NCBI GenBank assembly: GCA_036172245.1 | Contig: JAYWIR010000024.1 | Coordinates: 930,001-994,000, forward strand | Length of the DNA stretch: 64,000 nucleotides | Source of the DNA: Raillietiella orientalis | Taxonomy: Eukaryota | Direction: 5' to 3' | In this document: piece after piece, positions 13,853 to 24,842 of the stretch | How positions within the stretch are numbered: position 1 is the first letter of the stretch | How the letters are laid out: every line of letters starts with the position of its first letter | Position numbers and translations under genes: made by a program | The notes under the pieces: model-generated | Told to the model about the DNA's origin: nothing | What the model saw: only the letters and a program-made list of their open reading frames with translations | Database searches by the model: none

Positions 13853-14607
13853 GTCAGTTCACGGAGACTGCGCAGACGAGAATACTATTTGTCTTTATGT
13901 GTTCGATGACTTAAACAGCCACTTCCCTTTCCCTCTCCCTCCCCCAAGCTGTTTCATGCCGGAGATAAGAAGTGCTGATTTACGTTTTCAGGCACCGAAC
14001 AATTCATTCTGCTTCCTCGGTATGAAACAGCAAACGAAACAAAACAAAACGTCGTTCAGAATCAGAGCGAGTCGCATTTTGAACTGACCTGGCAGACCGA
14101 AAGGACAGATCTAAGTTTTCCATCCTTCGGCTGGAGCTAAATCTTTGCATCCGAGTGCGCGAGTTAACCTGTCTGGATATTTAGGGTTTTTTTTCTTTTC
14201 TTTTTTTTTCGCGAAGCAGTTTTGCTTGCACAACATCGCGCAACATCTAGGCGAACAGACTGTTTTTTTTTTTGTTTTTTTTTCCGAAACGCGGAAAAGC
14301 TGGTACATTGCTTTGATTATAAATAATTGGCTGTGGTTCTCCTCGCTTGGTGAGCTCCTTATGTGCTTCCTTATTGTTCCTAAGATCCGAAACGATTTCC
14401 TACCCGAAATTGCTACCTGAAACCCGTATTGGAAGCCCGTTTTCGGCTTAGATGCACATCCAAAACCAATTTTGAATGGAAAAAGCGCGATTAGGAAAGC
14501 GCTTGATCAAATACACATGCTCGTTTTGGAACTGTTTTTTATTGTGTTGCTACTCATGACAACATGAAACTACGTGTTGCAATGTATCAGCCGTTGCCTC
14601 ATTCTCA

Positions 14608-14826
14608 GCAATCGAGGGTGGCTTCGTGCTAAAACAACCAATTGTTGATTTCCACTCCTAACAATAGAGAGCAATTTCATGACTTCGCAATCAATTGTTG
14701 CGTTTTTCTCGCAACAATAGAAAGCAATTCCACGCCCTGGCAATCCTTCGTTGTATTTTACTCTCAACAATAGAGTGTGGTTTCATGTTGTCTCAATCAA
14801 TTGTCGACTACTGCTAACGATCGAGT
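14608..14826 (+). repeat. Degenerate 53-bp tandem minisatellite (~4 units) in an intron
   Basis: The unit anchor (A/G)CAAT(A/C)GA recurs at 14608, 14661, 14714 and 14767 (53-bp period) and at 14817. An internal CAATCAATTGTTG-like core also recurs. Confidence 0.75.
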
Positions 14827-15317
14827 CACCATTAAGATTGAGTGATCAGATGGTATCTCTGACCAAAATATCCCGCTGACCCAACGCTACTTATAGAACA
14901 TTCAAGTCTCCATGGATTTATGAGGGCGTTCTCATGCATTCAGCAACGCGTAGCATCTCGCTAAATCACGATCCCTAGCAGACACCTCGCTGAGAGGGAA
15001 AACTTGCCAACTGCCCTATTCTATTCTTTCGGCAAAGTCGGAAAAGGGCGACGAGGCTGGCACTGACCACTTAGGCCCTCTAAGGTCCTTCGCAGTTACA
15101 GGGGGAGAACAACTAGAACTTCAAGAACAATCCCGTATCAACCATCCTCTAATTGTTGCCAACCTTGTTTGCTCAGCCTTCATCTGAGCAATCTTGAGAT
15201 GGAAGAAATCCGAGATTTAGTACATCGGGATTCTTTCCACAGCTGATATCGTGATCTCGGTGCATGATCTTCACAGAGGCGATCTGCTTCACTTGATACA
15301 GCCACTGCTTGTTCCAG

Positions 15318-17306
15318 GTACATGGAAAGCCAAAGAGGGTGAAGTATGTGCCTCTCCCTAGCAACGAGCTCCCGGTTTTAATATACCAAGGGGACCAGCC
15401 TCCGATACACGTCCTTCATTCAAGGCCCGGAGAGAAGCAGCATGATGCCTCGTTCCATAAGAAAGATGGAGACATTCCCATGCTTCAAGTGCATTCCAGG
15501 AAGCCTCAGGGTCTTTATGTTCCCATACCGAATGTGCACAGAAGCTCGGGCAGTGCCACTGCTCCCATCTACGGCCCTCCCTCTCCTTTCGTATATACCG
15601 GTCATCCCCCCATTCACATCTACGGAACCCCTGACTCCAGTTACGGGAAACCGGCCTATGAGTATCAAAAAGGACCTTTCAATTACTTCAAAGAGAAAGG
15701 GAAGGAGATACAGTCAGGGATAGAGAACTTGATCCGGGACATACACGACAAGGGGAAGGAGTTCCTTGACAATCCTTTCAATGTCAGAGGAAAGAAACAG
15801 GGATATTCGCAAGGTTCCGGTAAGCTGACCTACCAGCCCAGACCTGTCTACGGGCCGCCCCCAAACGGTTTTCCCTCGCCACCGCAGCAATATCCCTCTC
15901 CCTCTCCTGCGAAACCACCCGCTCTGATCCCAGTGTATGGACCTCCCCGATATCCACAGCAAGCACCATCCAAGGTACCCTATGCGACGTATCACTACTC
16001 CAACACCCAGGGGGCCTATGGCTACCCGCAGTACGCTCCCGGACACCCGGCTACGGGCACCCAGAAATACAAGGTGAACCCCTTTGAGGCGATCAGCAAC
16101 TTCTTCAGCAGTCTGAAGCAATCCAAGACTGCTGGAAAAGGATACCGTCCGTCTGCCCCTTTTCCCCCACAGCCCATTCCCGTCTATGGACCTCCTGCAG
16201 CTCCTGACAAAGGGATCAAGGAGTCCATCCACAACTTCTTCAACTCCATTTCGAGCGGGAAGAAGCAGGTCATCGGTGGTTTCTCGGGCGGTTTTCAGAA
16301 GCAGAAGTCGCCCGCCCCCATACCGGTCTATGGTCCCCCTAGGCACGTTCCCGGCCCTCTGGCACCGCATCCCGGTGTCCCTCCTCCGTTCTCCCCCTTC
16401 CCCCCTCCGCATTTCTCGCACGCGGCCTACCGCGTTCCCCCGGGCGTCACCGTTCCGTCCCCTAACTACGCGCCTCCTAACTACCTGCCGCCCGTGGGTA
16501 AGCCTCATCCTCACTCTCCGGCCTTCCCCTTCCGTCCCAGCTACGAGCCACCAAGATATCCCGGAATCCCGCCGAACCAGTTCAAGAGCCAAGCCATCTC
16601 GGGAGGAGCAGCGCCCGCGAGCCAACCAAACGGCCAAGTCTCGCCTTCATCCTCGACCTCCGGCAGCCAGCAGTCTTCATCCAACATCGCCCCTCAGTCG
16701 TTGGGATCCTACCGGCCTCTTCCTGCTGGGGGAGCGAAACCCGTCCCGGGAGCGATCCCTTCTCCCCTACCGCCCAAATCGAGCGAGCCCGCCCAGATTC
16801 CCTCAACGGACAAGTCGAGAACCGCCGCCGGCACCTACCCAGTCCCGTCCAGGTCCGGCCTCCCTCCTGTTCCCGGATTCCCCCACTACATGCTGGCTCC
16901 CCCAGGCGTTCAGAAGCCCCCCATACTCATATACAAGGGGTACAAGTCTCCCATGTACGTGTACGAGAGCCACAGGAGCCCTCCAGAAGCAGGAAGAGTA
17001 GGAGTCCGAGGCAGAAACGCGACGACGGGAAGAGGCCTCGAGGCATACGGTTCACTGGGAACCTTTCCGTCGGGCTACCTCGGGAGGTCGTCGAACGCCG
17101 TCGCTTCCGTCCCCTCGGGGGGTAAATCCGGGAACAGGGAGCCAGCGCAAGTCACTCCCACGTTTTCCCCTCCGCTGATAACCGGGAGCGCGAGGAAGGA
17201 CACGTGGACCCCTGTAACGGGACGCGGGGCCGAAAAGGCTGCCGCAGATGGAAACCGTGCGAGCGACCGAGGCGAGCGCGTGTCGGCAGAGCTCTCGGTC
17301 AGCTGA
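15318..17306 (+). CDS. Large terminal coding exon of the secreted Pro/Tyr/Gly-rich protein (714 aa spliced)
   Basis: Longest ORF in the window. Phase-0 acceptor ttgttccAG|GTA. Five P[IV]YGPP repeats and repeated 'Y.G..PPIH[VI]' motifs. TGA at 17304-17306 with AATAAA 80 nt downstream. Confidence 0.92.
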   Translation, partial: VHGKPKRVKYVPLPSNELPVLIYQGDQPPIHVLHSRPGEKQHDASFHKKDGDIPMLQVHSRKPQGLYVPIPNVHRSSGSATAPIYGPPSPFVYTGHPPIHIYGTPDSSYGKPAYEYQKGPFNYFKEKGKEIQSGIENLIRDIHDKGKEFLDNPFNVRGKKQGYSQGSGKLTYQPRPVYGPPPNGFPSPPQQYPSPSPAKPPALIPVYGPPRYPQQAPSKVPYATYHYSNTQGAYGYPQYAPGHPATGTQKYKVNPFEAISNFFSSLKQSKTAGKGYRPSAPFPPQPIPVYGPPAAPDKGIKESIHNFFNSISSGKKQVIGGFSGGFQKQKSPAPIPVYGPPRHVPGPLAPHPGVPPPFSPFPPPHFSHAAYRVPPGVTVPSPNYAPPNYLPPVGKPHPHSPAFPFRPSYEPPRYPGIPPNQFKSQAISGGAAPASQPNGQVSPSSSTSGSQQSSSNIAPQSLGSYRPLPAGGAKPVPGAIPSPLPPKSSEPAQIPSTDKSRTAAGTYPVPSRSGLPPVPGFPHYMLAPPGVQKPPILIYKGYKSPMYVYESHRSPPEAGRVGVRGRNATTGRGLEAYGSLGTFPSGYLGRSSNAVASVPSGGKSGNREPAQVTPTFSPPLITGSARKDTWTPVTGRGAEKAAADGNRASDRGERVSAELSVS

Positions 17307-17385
17307 GGCCAGGAAGGCACTGACCACCCATCTCCTGAGGCGCTTTTCCTGTCTCTGTGAAAGGAAAAAAAAAAAATCGGTGAAG

Positions 17386-17391
17386 AATAAA
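17386..17391 (+). promoter_or_regulatory. Polyadenylation signal
   Basis: AATAAA 80 nt after the stop codon. Confidence 0.6.
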
Positions 17392-18539
17392 AAGGACTAT
17401 TCTCTTGCTCCCGCAGGCATTGTTGAGGTCTCTGCCTCCGGCGGGGGATCCGGGAAGGTGAGTGAGTTGGTGGCACAGCCGCCTTCCTGCTCCCCACCCC
17501 TCCCTTTTCACTGGCAGACCGTGCGGAAGCCTCCCGCCGCGGAGCGCCTTCCGTGGAACGGGATACGCCACAGTCGCGAGCGAAGTCTTCACTCTAACGG
17601 GAGCCAAGAACAGCTCCTTTCCCTACCCCTGGCTCACCCGTTTCCTTCTGAGTTCCCCCCTCCCCTCTCCCGGAGCAAAGAGGAAGTCTGCTCCTCCTGC
17701 CGACTCGACTGCCCTGGGAGCCATGTGACTTCGGGCCGCCCTGAGACCGCCTCTCTCCCTTTTCTTTTCCCTCCCTCGTCCCCATCCATCCCTCGGAAGC
17801 TGCATAAGACCTTCGTCTCCAAACGCCCCTAGTCGGCGATCCCTCTTCCTCGGAGGAAGGAGAACGGGAATACCAGATTCGAAGGGAAGTCTCCACTCCT
17901 GTGTCTGCTGTCATCCTTTCCCTTCCTCCCACATCTTCATCTTTTATTCCTGGATTGAAATGCCCTTATGATTTTCACGAGGACGCCTCTCCTTTGACGT
18001 TACAAAGATCTCCAGCGCAACAGCCTCCCTTTTTGTCTCCTCTTTTTGGTTCCGGAAGTAGCTCGCAAAGCAGCTCAGTGTCGAAAGCACTTTACCCTTT
18101 GCTTCTCCCTGGTTTGCCTTTCCTTCCATGAAGGAATGGCAGCTTGGATGGGCGGGGGGATGAAGAGGGGAGTGGGAAGTAGTGGGACTGCATACAGTGG
18201 CTAGTGATTGACCGCTCTTCCCCAATCGGGGCTTCTCTTTGCTGTGCCGGATTGCCCGTGGCGAGAATAGGTCTGGGCAGCCCGAGAGGATGCGATCAGG
18301 GAAATCGGAGAGGAAAGGAGGATGGGGGAGCCCCTCACCTAGCGATATTGTTTTCTCTCCCAGATGTGTCTCCCGGGAGGAATGAAGCAGATCACGTAGA
18401 GCACCTTCGGGTCCAGAGGAGCCACGACCTTCCTCCGGTGGCTCCTTTTTCTTCTATCCCCAGATCGACTCCGTGTGCTGTCCTTGTGGGAGGAACACTC
18501 CCTCCCTCCCTCTCTCTTCATCCCCTATGCAGAAAACTG

Positions 18540-20480
18540 AAGAGTCCAGGTTCCACCAATCACGAGAGATCTCTGGCAAGCTCAAGGAGAAGGTCCATGG
18601 GCGTGATGCGTTCGTGAGAGGGCAGTGTCCTCTTCCCAGACTAGCAGTTGCGACGGAGCGACCTTTACAGTGGTCCTCATGCTGCGTGCTCAACCCGCCC
18701 CTCCTGACGGATCCTACTCTGGGAGCGAAGGAGAAGTGAGTGTGCTTCAAGGCAGCTCTTTCTCTCTTTTTCATCCTCTTCCCGCTCTCTATGTCATCCC
18801 GAGGAATGCTTTACAGCAAGGACGGTCTCGCGAGAAAGAAGCTTCCCTCCCTTTCTGTTGCTTCTGCCGCTGATGACCACGCTCGCCGACTTAGTTCCCT
18901 CAGATGTTGTCCCACCTCCAGCACCCGCCAGCTACAGAAGCCAGCTTTCTCATGTGTGAGACACGGTTGGTCATCATTTGGTCATGTCATCAGTTGACGA
19001 CGTACATGGAGCGTCGGAATGAACCCAAGGAGAAGGGCCAGGGAGGCGAACTGCGCTCCGAGGAGGAACAGAAGGAGTGAAATGTCCCAGAGGGAGGCCT
19101 CCGGAAGTACTGGCGAGGAGTTCGATGACACCACAAGAGGATGGTGGACTGTTCCTTGAGGTCAACAGGAGCTTTATCTCCTCCTCCATTTCTTCCACTG
19201 TCTCTGATGCTTCGAAGGACACCTACGAGGACCCACGGCCTAATTGGGAATAAAGGGGATCAACAAGGAACACTAAAGAGAACGCAGTCGGCGTCTGTGA
19301 GGAATAGAGAAGGAGAGGAGGACAGGCGGCGTGTTGGTGCATTCTGAGGCGTCCTAAGAGGAACAAGGTCCAGAGGAGAGGACGAGAAGGCAGCAGTATC
19401 AGAGGCAAACTGGGACAAACCGGGACACTTGGCATCCTCTTGTTTCCGGAAGTGAGGCGACTCGGTCAGCTACGGCAGGATGGAGCGTCTCTTCCTGCAC
19501 GTCCGCGTTCCTGGAGAACCTCTAGGAGAAAGAGGAGTGAGGAGTGGATCTCTGTAGGTAAAGGCTCACCTCCCTCGAAATTCGCCAATCCAAGAGATCA
19601 GCCGTTGGGCCCATCGCGGACCTCCGGCTGAGAAATCCATCTGGAAGCGCAAACCTAAGAGAAATCGCCGGAAGAAATCTTCCTGTTCGTGGCTGAGCAA
19701 AAAAGAAATTATGAGAAAACACATGCACATGACGACAGACTCCAAGAATCTTTCACCGGGAGAGGATGACTCTCGTCCTCGATGCCATGGTGGTTGCCTC
19801 CTTACCTAAGGCTCGGTTTATATGTTGCCGTTACCTTCAGGGCAGACGTGGTCAAGAACGAAGCAAGGCTTGTCGAAAGGTCAGTTTCGGTCTCTTGCCA
19901 CTTCGTAAAAGACCAGCGTCGCCGACACGGGGCTGCTTTCATAGATGAATTCGGCTCTGTTGTGGAATTCCAATAGAACAGACGCAGTCCCGGTTTTCGG
20001 GGTCTTTGCCAGGAACGGGCGTCTTCTGTTCCTTGAGTCAGCATTCCCTGGAGACCTCCTAGACTGGCATCCGCTTGTAGCACGGGACATGGGAACGAGT
20101 GCTTCCTGGCCGACGGGTGAGCCACACACTTCTGCTGAGGCGGAAGGACGAACTCGTCCAGGGGAGCAGGCAGCAGCAGAACGTAGCCAGAAGAAGTACA
20201 AAACCAGATTTCTCGGAGGAGTCCGGCTGCAGCAGGCAAGGGTAAGGAAAGCAGTGACGGGCCAGGGGTGAGCTGTTGCAGGTGTGACGGTGGAGTCAAG
20301 ACAACGACAGAGGAAATGCAGGCTCAACGAGAAGCACTGCGACCCAACAGCTCGTGCCTTCGAGGAAACCCGGCAAGCCAGAGCTCGTACGAGTCCGAAG
20401 ATTGTCATCACGACACGGTTACCGGTAACTGGGAAACATCCGCAAGTGCCTGGTTTCACGGACATGAGCTCAAACCCTTA
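18540..20480 (+). mobile_element. Decayed Ty3/Gypsy pol relic (RT to integrase C-terminus)
   Basis: Motifs occur in the correct order: 'CPLPRL' (~18625; cf. YPLPRI), 'FGHVIS' (~18980; cf. YLGHxIS), 'RYLQGRRGQERS' (~19830; cf. YHPQxNGxxER), 'AAERSQKKYK' (~20175) and 'FHGHELKP' (~20455; cf. FHVxxLKP). Confidence 0.6.
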
Positions 20481-20914
20481 GTGCCCAGTTCCGATTTTTT
20501 CTCATCTGTAATGAAGCCCGCTTCTCTTCCTCCTAGATTCCCGGGAATCTTCGGATCTTTTGAAAGCCTATTCTTGCCTTTACCATGGAAGACCCTTCAT
20601 TTCTCTGATACGCTCTCTAGAGGGTGAGTTGCTTTCTCCATCAGACTCGTTGCTGAGGGAGACTCTCGAAGATATCTGATCGGCTTGTATCCAAGAATCC
20701 TGAACCACTCCTTCCCAGGTTTTCCGGCCGCTCTTGCACATTTTTACAGAAAAGAGTGCCTTTGTTTGTGATTGTCGTGAATCTCTTCCACGACCTGCTC
20801 CACTCGTGAATCACACAGAGTCGAAGCGTTAAACCACTCAACGTCTCACATCCGGACGCTCTTCGCGTTCTATGATTAATCAATGCAGCTGCCCTGCTCC
20901 CCTCCCCGCCGTCC

Positions 20915-21138
20915 CTGACGGCATCCGGTTTCCAGCTTCCACAAGCCCCGCTCCCGAAGTCTATAGGCCAGCCAGCGTCATCCTGCAAGAGGTAAGGAGG
21001 GTGGGGAATCGAATGCCACGACGCACCCGTTTTTCGGCGTCGACCCTCCATTTAGGGATTCGAGACCCGCAACGCTTGGTATTACGGTTAGAGACCGTAG
21101 CCACACGGCTGCCAAAGCGAGTCGTGTGGCTGCGGTCT
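20915..21138 (-). mobile_element. SINE-like family copy a (5' part only: hairpin cap, tRNA-like head, start of core)
   Basis: The reverse complement aligns by eye to 23173-23380. The 19-bp head hairpin is at 21092-21138. Confidence 0.8.
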
Positions 21139-21649
21139 GTTGTAGTCTGTTCTACGGGGAGAGGAAAAAACATCTCTGCAACGAGCGCTATGACTGCGCT
21201 GCAGTGCAAGGAGAAGGAGAAGGAAGAAGACGCTCTCCGTCTTCACAGTTTTGACGATTTCCATTTGGGACTTTCCAAGTCATTGCACCTCGGCAGCAAT
21301 GGTCAACATGCAGCCGTGCTGCCATCCACAAGCGGACATCCAATTCACCGCCCTTCGGAAGCAAAAGACTAATATCATCAGTAAGCAATCTCGGCGCCTC
21401 GAACGGATCTGTAGAAGCGTCTCTGGCAACTGCCTGAACTCTCTGCTTTCTTAAGCATTTTTAGAAGTTAGTGCATAACATCTCGTTCATTCGGGAACAG
21501 AAACACAGTTCTTTAACCGAATGTCTTTGTGTTCTCAGATCGAGGATTGAATATTCTATAAATAGAATTTTATATCAGAAAAAAAAAAAAAAAAAAAAAA
21601 ACACCCACTCTTCTTTTGTTCCATTGGTGATGCACCGCTCGTGCGGCGA

Positions 21650-21830
21650 AACTTCCAGAAGATTGCAAACGCTGCAATGGAAGCTCCAGGAGAACGGTGC
21701 TGCATACTCCGAATCTGCTCGTATCAGCATCTGCCGTTGCCTCTGATGATTTCTTCAAGCTGCTACCTTCTGGTTGAGAGCTCCCATGGTGTGTCCAGCA
21801 CACGCCTCGGCCGCTTCGTATCTTGGAACT
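21650..21830 (-). mobile_element. LINE RT C-terminal fragment, paralogous to 34110-34300
   Basis: Shares 'ttctggttga.a.ctccca.ggt..gtccagcaca.gcctcggcc' with ~34197-34241. Confidence 0.45.
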
Positions 21831-23172
21831 CACCGTCGGTCGAGTGAACCTCGTGCGCTCTGCATGCGTGCGAGCCGTCTGGAGATTCCATCGTTTCAGT
21901 CGGGAGACGAACGGACTTTCTTACAGGACGGCACGGCGTGGCACAGCAACCGACAAGAGTCCCTGGTCCAAAGGAGCATTCCTGTGCCTCACTGAGAAGT
22001 CAAATCCTGTGCCTCGGCCGCCTTGGTCCGAGCGTCCCCTCACCTTGTGGCATCACACTGCTGACCGAATGCGCTTGCGCCCTCGTTTATCACGCAGGAT
22101 CTGTTGTTTTCAACAGAGAGTAGGCCTGCTAGGTTGTGTGCGAGGCTACGAAGGTTGTCTATAAAGGACCACTTCTCCTAGGCCTCTTCGAGGTGGGTAC
22201 CTCATCAAGCAAATTGGTCTTGAAAGCGCTTTACAGCAGGAGAGATCGTAAACTTCACAGCACACAAAAGCGGGTGGAAACTTGAAAGAGAAGATGAAAA
22301 GAGAGGACCAGTACAAAAGAACCGAAGTGGCTTCCCGTTGTTGTTGTTTTTTTCTCGCACCGCATCTGCAGGCATGGCACGCTTTCCGGTGGACAAGAGC
22401 GGTGGAAGCGGCTTGCCTCGCAGAGTGTCAAGCTGTGGCGTATGAAGCGAAATGCGCCGCATGTGGAAACCTTTAGCTGCCTAGCTATGAGGCCGAGTTT
22501 CGAGAAAATGCCCACCCCTCGTGCTTGCTGCTGCACCGCTCCTTTAAGCAGCTCGATGATTTGGGACGAAACCAGCCTTACGTGGAGCCTTCAAACGCAG
22601 CTCCTCTAAGAGGTGGGGACGGGCACGAGTTGCGTCCCGGAAGAGGGACCGGAAGGAACAGGAAGTGGGACGCGAGTGTCATCTATGCCAGCGTTCAGAG
22701 GGTCGTGGTAAGCAAGAGAAACACCAGTCTCCTGCTACAGCTATCGCAACTCTGCTGACTCCCGAGTATAACAACCGAGGAGAGGCACGTCGCCACAAGA
22801 GGTCAGGGGCACCATCCCCACCTTGACCTTCTCGAGAAGAAAGACGAGATGGACTCACCTGGGATATCTCAAGGAGATTTTCCGCATTCTGTTCCTGCGG
22901 CTCATCTGCGATCCCTACCAAGCACCCCCAGCACATAAATGACCATTTTAATTTATTTATTGTTTTCACTGTTTTCTGACCTGTCTTCCCGCCGTCCCTA
23001 ATAAGGACTTCCCTCGACAACCTGCTGGTCATGCCTTCAGGATTCCTTGGACTATAATGGGGACTCGAATTCCACTTGAGATTTTCTTTATTGTGATGTT
23101 AATGCTTTGCCGTGAATTGTTTTCTTACAGTGGACGAACCGGCGTCACTGGGTAACAACAAAACAGTTGTGC

Positions 23173-23880
23173 CCGTAGCCACACGGCCGCCAATGCGGAC
23201 ATGTGGCTACGGTCTCAGCACGTGGTACCAAGCGTTGTAGGTTCGAATCCTCAAGTGGAGGATCAGCGTCAACAATTGGGGGTGCGTCGCGGGTTTCGAG
23301 TCCTCCCCGCAGGATGACGCTGGTTGGTCTGTAGGTTTCAGGTGCAGCACTGGTAAACGCCGGAAACTGGATGCCCCCGTTGACTAGCCAGGATTGGAAG
23401 TTGACCCAGGGGTCTTTCCAGGAGTCAAGGAGACGGTCCTTGTAAAAATGAAGCTGCCACCTTGCCCTCGGGAATACATCCAGCAAGTACTATGAAGCGT
23501 GTTGATACCCCCTTCGGATAGGTTGCCTTTCTAGAGTGTTAAGAAGCGCGCTGCTCCCTTCGGGGAGCACCCCTCAGAGAAAATGGGAAAAGTGTCCCTT
23601 CATAGTTGTCTTCAAGGAAGCAACAAGGAACGGATCCTTTTGGGAGGGTCTCTCCGGAGAAGAAATGAGAAGCGATCCCCTCCTGGGAGTCCCTTAGGAG
23701 AGAATATGGAAGAGCCTTCCTGGATTCATCAAGTGGCCCCTTCGGGCTTACCACCTATAACTTGAAGAGTTACAAGTATCCTCGGGTGGCGTGGACAGTG
23801 TTAAAGAGATTCGTGTTAAAGAGCCCCCATAGGGAGGTGAACGGTTCTTCAGTACATACTGAGCCTACCCCAAAAAGAAA
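23173..23880 (+). mobile_element. SINE-like family copy b (near full length, ~700 bp)
   Basis: 18-bp head hairpin at 23173-23212, B-box GGTTCGAATCC at 23240-23250, second B-box-like GGGTTTCGAGTCC at ~23291, conserved core, 3' end GAACGGTTCTTCAGTAC and an A-rich tail. Confidence 0.85.
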
Positions 23881-24199
23881 ACTTCTAGAAAAAAGCTGGA
23901 ATGAAAACAGAAGAACCCGAAAGGATTTCCATCATTCCATCCTCTTCCCCCTTGTCCCAGTGCTGCCCTTGATAAGGATTCCGTCAAGGTGGGAAGTGTC
24001 TTGCTTCACAGCAGCAAAGACGAAACTTCTGGACAACTCAGGAGGTGACGGACGCTGCGACCCCGAGTGTCCCACCCTACGGACTTGTACGCTGGGGAGA
24101 ACTGCTCGACATCCATCCGGAGGAGGGAGGCAGCCCCCAGCGTGCTAGAGCAGTTGCACCCTCCCTCTCAAGTGGCAGGAGTTGGCGTTGCTGGGGGTG

Positions 24200-24842
24200 C
24201 ATGGGGAATTCCGTGCAAAGCGAGCCTTCACCACTGGACACGGGGCAGCGTGGACGCTAAGTGCGACAGGTACTGGAAGAAGGAAACTCTCCCGCACCTG
24301 CTGTTGGAGTGTACCGTCTTCCGACTCCTTTGGGATCGCCTCGCGACGATCCTAGGAACCCCTTCGGGTGGCCCTAGGGACATTTTCAAACGCCTCTTCG
24401 TGTGTAGTGCCGCTCTGTCGCCAGCCACGCCCCTTGCAGTTCCCTGCTGCTTCCGCGGAATCATGGCAGGCTGGAACGCGGGAATAGGCCAGAATGGCAG
24501 AGACGCTATTCACTGGGCGTGAATCTTCCTGAGGATTGTCTCGAGATGACCCCACCTGGGCGAGACGCGGACAGAACTTGCCAGCATCTTGAACAGGATG
24601 TCGAGGACGCCTGGTAGCGTACCGTGAACGCTTCCTCGATTCCCCTCCTTCCCGTATGAAATTTCCCCTCTGTCGTTTTGTTCGTTTATTTTTTGTTTTT
24701 GTTTTCCCTTTCCCCACGCTGCCGGGGCGGATCCCGCCGGACTGCGCACCGGTCCTCGGCAGGTTCATCGCGCGTGGTAGAACCAACGGTTCGACCACAC
24801 CAATGTATTTTATCACTTTACGTAATAAATGCTCCTGAATAA
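24200..24842 (+). mobile_element. 3' end of an L1/Tx1-like LINE (zf-RVT-type zinc finger + 3' UTR)
   Basis: 'KCDRYWKKETLPHLLLECTVFRLLW' fits CxxC...ETxxHLLxxC...W. It is followed by a T-rich 3' UTR and AATAAA at ~24824 and ~24838. The 3' UTR resembles 40550-40630. Confidence 0.65.

Noticed and set aside
14608..14826. CRISPR-like periodicity
   Set aside because: Whole units are homologous, repeats are not identical, there are no cas genes, and the context is a eukaryotic intron.
15309..15317. ORF-track start of the 665-aa ORF
   Set aside because: TTG TTC CAG is the splice acceptor; the true start is ATG 13697 in the upstream exon.
15714..16637. 307-aa antisense ORF and 271-aa alternative-frame ORF (16186-17001)
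   Set aside because: Shadows of the GC-rich real exon.
23195..23260. Possible tRNA genes (also ~31830-31890 and ~54525-54585)
   Set aside because: A B-box is present, but I could not fold a cloverleaf, there is no T-run terminator, and each is the head of a longer dispersed repeat.
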